NCBI GenBank assembly: GCA_001179505.1
Contig: CDMY01000879.1
Span: 1 to 13,485 of the forward strand
Reading direction: 5' to 3'
Origin: Vitrella brassicaformis CCMP3155
Lineage: Eukaryota; Protista; Chromerida
DNA: 13,485 nucleotides
In this document: positions 8,801 through 13,485 of the stretch, piece after piece
How positions within the stretch are numbered: the first letter of the stretch is position 1
How the letters are laid out: each line of letters begins with the position of its first letter
Notes under the pieces: generated by a model
What the model was told of the DNA's origin: nothing
What the model saw: only the letters and a program-made list of their open reading frames with translations
The model's database searches: none
Translations under genes and position numbers: made by a program

Positions 8801-9123
8801 GCAGGCGGGTAACAGGAACACACACGTGTCTATTTCTTCAGTGCAATGTTGTTCCCTTGCTGACTTTGTCTTACCTTCTTCATATTTCTCTTGCCGCACT
8901 GCAGTGGCCCCTCCATAGCCGCCGAACTCACGCTGATATTGACGCGTCGTTCCGCCTCAGGCCCCGGCTCCAAGTCGCCGTCTCCCGCCCTGTTCCCGCC
9001 GTCGCCTGCAGCTCTCCCCGGCGTCTGGTCGCCCCCTTCTGGCGGACTGTCGAACGGGTTGGGCACGGAAATGTGTGCTGGGGGTGGGGTGCAGCACCCT
9101 CCCGCTGCCACGCCACAGTCCAT
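5824..9123 (-). CDS. Ubiquitin carboxyl-terminal hydrolase (USP/UBP, peptidase C19), 14 exons, about 673 aa, with a Pro/Lys-rich disordered C-terminal tail
   Basis: All-GT-AG, phase-consistent exons 9123-8875, 8790-8685, 8597-8526, 8401-8299, 8156-8041, 7963-7889, 7815-7708, 7606-7518, 7446-7334, 7171-7060, 7001-6902, 6781-6704, 6627-6557, 6453-5824 (2022 nt, no internal stop). Motifs: Cys box LENVTGNGCYLNASLQ, QEDAAEAIECLLKTLHQEL, Zn-ribbon CCECGN and CDKCCKK, PKLLPLHLKRF, LDLSPY, His box VIVHHGRSLKGGHYTACVR, WFRYDDS, AYMAFY. The start codon (ATG 9123) is the least certain part. Confidence 0.92.
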
Positions 9124-9498
9124 CGTCGCCTCGATGGCTCGGAGACGGACTCCACGCGACAAACCTCGTCTCCACTGCAAACCAATGCAACTCGACGATT
9201 CACACGTCTCACAGAACACCAGGACCTCTTCTTGTGAGACTGAAAACCCCCTTGCATGCGCCTCTGCCGCCCCCAGTCTCAGTTCTGGCAGAGTGAGCCT
9301 AGCAGCTACCCGCGGTGGGTGTTCGCCTCATCCAGCACGCGCCAGCTGCTGACGCCAAAAACCAGAGAAAATAGGGAAAAACCACCGCGACCACGCGGCG
9401 AGAATCGCGGCGAGAAGATCATAGACGGCGAGACGGATTTTTAGAAGGCGAACACTTTGGCCTACAGCTTCGGTAGCTTCGGTTCCTGAGACTTTCCT

Positions 9499-9949
9499 GT
9501 GTTGAGTTGGCGAGCTTTGTGTGCGTTGTTTTGTGTGACCGTTGCCCAACGCTCTGCAATGCTGCCTGGCTTTTCTTTGCTGTTCTTCCTCTCGTCCCTC
9601 GCTGCCTCTGCTTGCGCAGTTCTTTGCTGATGAGCCACTGATGAGAGAGGACGTGCCTGTCGCCGCACAGTAGCGTACGAGTAGAGCAGTGCTGCTGAAG
9701 CGGAGGGAGATGTGCCTGCCATCTCCACCCTGGCGCTGGGAGACGATAGCGTGCCCGTCACCAGCAGGTTTTTCCCGGTTGTATATAGCCCGGACTCTGT
9801 CTGTTCTTTGCCGTGCTCTTGATGATGTGGACTCTGACGCGGACCTCTGTGTGATGCTGTTGGCGTGAGGGCGAAATTAAGGCGAGATTCGAGGGCTCCG
9901 TCTGATCCTTCTGACCACGGTGTGTGTTCGGCACACAGCAACTTCAACA
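9499..9949 (+). repeat. 451-bp direct repeat, copy 1 (copy 2 at 10796-11246)
   Basis: gtgttgagttggcgagc...cagcaacttcaaca; I counted about 6 substitutions and no indels between the copies. Confidence 0.95.
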
Positions 9950-10112
9950 TGGGCGCAGCAAGACGGGCGGACCTTCGGCATCTCTACGGGCGGCCCTTCG
10001 GCATCTCTATCGTCTTTTTCGTTGTGGTCGCCTTTCTTTATTCGGTGTTTTTGTGGACCCACGTCGGACTGACGACGAGAGAAGGGGATAATACTGATGA
10101 CGAGAGAAGGGG
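9903..10112 (+). repeat. 210-bp direct repeat, copy 1 (copy 2 at 10287-10496)
   Basis: tgatccttctgaccacgg...gacgagagaagggg; 4 substitutions counted. The first 47 nt overlap the end of the 451-bp repeat and so occur three times (9903, 10287, 11200). Confidence 0.95.
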
Positions 10113-10125
10113 TGTTGGGTTTTGA
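9949..10125 (+). CDS. Small single-TM ORF (58 aa) or orphan first exon of a type II membrane protein, copy 1
   Basis: MGAARRADLRHLYGRPFGISIVFFVVVAFLYSVFLWTHVGLTTREGDNTDDERRGVGF*: basic N-terminus, hydrophobic stretch of about 20 aa, acidic tail; purine at -3 (aacATGg). Confidence 0.35.
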   Translation: MGAARRADLRHLYGRPFGISIVFFVVVAFLYSVFLWTHVGLTTREGDNTDDERRGVGF

Positions 10126-10286
10126 TAGCAGGGTTTGTGCTTGCTTAGCTTGCAGACCTGTCTCTCTATTTCGTGCTTTCCGGTGACCGTTGGCAGCTCT
10201 CGTGCGTGTGTTGCTTGGCGGGCTGGCCATGCCCATGATGGACTCGTGCGTTGCTTGCCTTGCGTGAAGGCTCGTACGGCAGAGAT

Positions 10287-10496
10287 TGATCCTTCTGACC
10301 ACGGTGTGTGTTCGGCACACAGCAACTTCAACATGGGCGCGCCAAGACGGGCGGACCTTCGGCATCTCTACGGGCGGACCTTCGGCATCTCTATCGTCTT
10401 TTTCGTTGTGGTCGCCTTTCTTTATTCGGTGTTTTTGTGGACCCACGTCGGACTGACGACGAGAGAAGGGGAAAATACTGATGACGAGAGAAGGGG
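10287..10496 (+). repeat. 210-bp direct repeat, copy 2
   Basis: Near-identical to 9903-10112. Confidence 0.95.
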
Positions 10497-10506
10497 AAGA
10501 TACTGA
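10333..10506 (+). CDS. Small single-TM ORF (57 aa) or orphan first exon, copy 2
   Basis: MGAPRRADLRHLYGRTFGISIVFFVVVAFLYSVFLWTHVGLTTREGENTDDERRGRY*. Confidence 0.35.
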   Translation: MGAPRRADLRHLYGRTFGISIVFFVVVAFLYSVFLWTHVGLTTREGENTDDERRGRY

Positions 10507-10795
10507 TGCCATTGCTGACGCTGTGTCAAGACAAGACGTGTGTGAAGTGAAGTGCAAGAGCTTGTCTTTCTGCTGTGTTTTTGCTACACTCTGCGGCTTG
10601 CCGTTGATTGTGCACAAGTGCTTTTGCACCATGTGAATGCTTCTGTGTCGCTTGTGTACAGTCTTATGTGCCCTGCTATGTGCCCTGCTATACTTTTCAG
10701 GCGTTGTGTTCAGTTCGCTCTTCTCTCTCTGCTGACTGCCCATTCTCTCTCTGCGTGACTGTCCACCTCTCAGCTTTGCCGTGAGGTGAGAAGGG

Positions 10796-11246
10796 GTGTT
10801 GAGTTGGCGAGCTTTGTGTGCGTTGTTTTGTGTGGCCGTTGCCCAACGCTCAGCGATGCTGCCTGGCTTTTCTTTGCTGTTCTTCCTCTCGCCCCTCGCT
10901 GCCTCTGCTTGCGCAGTTCTTTGCTGATGAGCCACTGATGAGAGAGGACGTGCCTGTCGCCGCACAGTAGCGTACGAGTAGAGCAGTGCTGCTGAAGCGG
11001 AGGGAGATGTGCCTGCCATCTCCACCCTGGCGCTGGGAGACGATAGCTTGCCCGTCACCAGCAGGGTTTTCCCGGTTGTATATAGCCCGGACTCTGTCTG
11101 TTCTTTGCCGTGCTCTTGATGATGTGGACTCTGACGCGGACCTCTGTGTGATGCTGTTGGCGTGAGGGCGAAATTAAGGCGAGATTCGAGGGCTCCGTCT
11201 GATCCTTCTGACCACGGTGTGTGTTCGGCACACAGCAACTTCAACA
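10796..11246 (+). repeat. 451-bp direct repeat, copy 2, ending about 85 bp upstream of the PrsW-like ATG
   Basis: Near-identical to 9499-9949; diverges right after ttcaaca (aaggcgg vs tgggcgc). Confidence 0.95.
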
Positions 11247-11331
11247 AAGGCGGATCTATATCTTTTGGTGCGGCCAGGAAGGGCGGGTTTACAGACGGCT
11301 CGCAGTGTTTTGAATCCTGGCAGTATTGGCT

Positions 11332-12656
11332 ATGGAGCGGCCCACGTGTGAGAGTGAGGTCGCACCCTTCATCTCGCCCTCAGTGCCTGAGGAAGAAGAG
11401 GAAGATGTCACCACACAAAGCCGAGGTCAGGGGAGCCATGACGTACAATACACAGATGGATGGCATCTCCCGTGGTTTGTTTCCCCCGTGTGGTGTGCAG
11501 AAGTGTTGCGCCAGCTGCGCGGCGACACCGTCAGGTCCGTCAGGTCCGCCAGAACCGTCAGGCTCCTGACCTTTGCCGGGTGGTGCGTCTTTGTCGCGTT
11601 TCTGGTGCCCTTCCTGACCTTCGTCTACGCGTGGGATGGCTGGATGGGCGTGCTCCTCTTCTGTGTGAGCGTCACCCCGGCGGCCGGCATCATCTCCCTC
11701 TTCTACGCGGGCCACAGCCACGAGATGCCCTTCGAGCTGCTGCTGGACATGATGTGGACGGGATGTGCTGCAGCGCTGGTGGCGGGGTGCTTGAACGACA
11801 TCCGGCGTCTTGTCGGGCACGTGTTGGGCGTCTTCGACGGGTGCCATATCGATGGTGACGACACGGACAGCAGCCATCTGGTGGGGTACCCCATCTTCTA
11901 TTGCCTCGCGGCGCATCTGCTGTGCAAAGTTCTGATCGTCGGCCTCTCTCAGGAAGTTGTGAGTCTATTTCTGAGCAGGCGCACATGTACTAGTGGATGC
12001 GCCTTGCTGCGTCTGTGTGCTTCAGTGCAAGCTTCCCATTGCGATGTCGCGGGTGCGGCTGGAGGAGGCTGCGCTGCCCCGTGCGTGTGCGTGTTGGTGG
12101 AAAGTGGTCGATACTCCGTATGCGATAGCACTGGTCGGCGTGGCGTCGGCTGCTGGGTGAGAGAGAATACGCAAAAAGCACACGGACGTGATGCAGTTTC
12201 GTCTGCTCGGACAACATCAAGAGGAGTGTCATCAAGCGCAGCCGCATCAGCATGGCGTCCGCCCTCTTCGTGGCCCTTAGTCGCTCACTTCTGTTCGTCC
12301 CCGGTCACATCGCCAGCACCGGATACGCCTCGTGCCGGCTCGCCAGATTCGTATTCTCCAGCCCCGACGGCGTACCCAAGAGTCCGTCGCTCATCGATTA
12401 TGCATCATTCCTGTGGCTGCCAGTGGTGCAACACACCATCTTCCGCACGTCGCTGACGCTCGCCCTGCTGTACACGACCGACAGCTTGGCCCTTTGGCTC
12501 ACGGCTACGCTCTCGATGCCCACCCTCTGCGTCCTGGTGATGGCCATTCTGTTTGTCAGAGAGTGGCGGTCCCTCGCCAAGCTGCCCTTCTACAACCGTG
12601 CCACTGGCGGCGTGACGATTGAGGTGCGTGTGATTGGCGCACCTACGCAGAGCTGA
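11332..12656 (+). CDS. PrsW-family (peptidase M82) intramembrane metalloprotease homologue, 3 exons, about 405 aa, with substituted catalytic motifs
   Basis: Exons 11332-11958, 12026-12156, 12197-12656 (1218 nt, GT-AG, in phase). Multi-TM protein with PrsW-ordered motifs: VLIVGLSQEVCK (cf. EExxK), AIALVGVASAAGFVCSDN (cf. GxxxGxGFxxxEN), SRSLLFVPGHIASTG (cf. RxLxxVPxHxxxT), LPVVQHTIFR (cf. HxxxN/D). A possible donor at 12624 could change the C-terminus. Confidence 0.75.
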
Positions 12657-12715
12657 GGCTCGTCGCAGACAGACAGACAGACAGACAGACATACAGCCAA
12701 ACAGACAGACAGACA

Positions 12716-12753
12716 GACCGGCTGACCGGCTGACCGGCTGACCGGCTGACCGG
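12716..12753. repeat. (GACCGGCT) octamer tandem repeat, about 4.7 copies, adjoining (AGAC)n tracts at 12667-12718
   Basis: Read directly from the sequence. Confidence 0.9.
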
Positions 12754-13234
12754 GGGGTTCTCTTGTCCACACATCGCCTGTCTGACTTTTTCCTCCTGCA
12801 TGCATCGCACTGGATGGCACTTAATGTACAGTGATGGTGCGGAATGGTGCGGCTACATGGCTGCACGGACTTGCTAGTGAATACGGCCGATCTTACCGAC
12901 CTTGGAGGGTGTTCGGAGTGCGTGTGCCTGTATGTGTCTCTGTCGTACTTTGTCCGTGACCACTTCACCACTTCGTTGCTGGGTGATGTACAAAGCTGGT
13001 CAGACACACTCTGAAGAAACACACACGGACATTCGTCGCTGAGTCAGCCATGCCATGGACAGGAGCGCTAAGCAGGCATGACACCCTCGCATCGCACATC
13101 TAGGCATCTAGCTATCGACACACAGGAAGCCGACTCGACCAACCCTACCGCCCGCCCACCCATCCACTCCGCCAACCCATGGATCGATCAAGCAGCCCCG
13201 CGCCAGCATCCTCCCTGCCCCATCCACTGACATC

Positions 13235-13485
13235 TCACAGCAGCGAATTCGCCATGTGAGCCATCAGGAAGTGACGCAGCTGCTGACCCTTCGTAGCATC
13301 TGCACCGTAGACACAAACAAACAAACACACGCGCACAATGAATGCATTGCAGTCAGTCACCCACCCCCATCCATCCATCCCTCGTCCAGCCAGCCACATG
13401 TCTCACCTAATTTGGGAATGGTGTGTCCGCCATCGTGTTCGATGAGCACCCCGCCCTGGAAGACGTGCTGCGCCATCTGTACACT
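13235..13485 (-). CDS. 3' end of a probable FSH1/OVCA2 (DUF341) serine hydrolase, truncated by the window edge
   Basis: Exons 13485-13407 and 13299-13235 join in phase 1: SVQMAQHVFQGGVLIEHDGGHTIPKLDATKGQQLRHFLMAHMANSLL*. HDGGHxxP followed by a helix ending in FL matches the catalytic-His segment of FSH1-type hydrolases. Only about 47 aa are visible. Confidence 0.62.

Noticed and set aside
9960-10510. CRISPR-like array from the 23-nt and 25-nt repeated units
   Set aside because: Units are directly adjacent with no unique spacers, there are no cas genes, and the context is eukaryotic.
9877-11247. 456-aa minus-strand ORF, and the related 9462-9950 ORF
   Set aside because: It runs antisense across the DNA repeats, starts with TTG, has no recognisable domain, and its internal repeats simply mirror the duplications. 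The T-poor strand makes long open frames likely by chance.

Overview
Eukaryotic, GC-rich, intron-dense DNA. The short GT-AG introns are full of (GT)n, (GTCT)n, (GCCT)n and (CCAT)n microsatellites, which resembles a chromerid such as Vitrella (inference, not verified). I rebuilt spliced models by hand from splice sites and codon phase. Apparently intact genes: a 14-exon ubiquitin-specific protease (minus, 9123-5824, about 673 aa, Cys/His/Asp boxes present), a 3-exon PrsW-family membrane protease homologue (plus, 11332-12656) with altered catalytic motifs, and the 3' end of a probable FSH1/OVCA2-type serine hydrolase (minus, right edge). The left 5 kb looks like a decaying patchwork. A frameshifted IQ-like + CXC-like Cys-rich ORF, possibly the 5' end of a CRE-type non-LTR retrotransposon, abuts a multi-exon pseudogene carrying AP2-like, ELM2-like, degenerate kinase-like, PLU-1-like and Lys/Ala-rich segments. 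The most distinctive signal is local copying of intron and promoter-sized pieces: one intron present twice between unrelated exons (1573 and 2602), an inverted copy of a USP intron (4938-5092 vs 7130-7292), and near-identical 451-bp and 210-bp cassettes between the USP and PrsW genes. A 300-N gap at 4608-4907 has identical 34-bp flanks and is probably artefactual. All domain calls are motif recognition by eye, not database searches.
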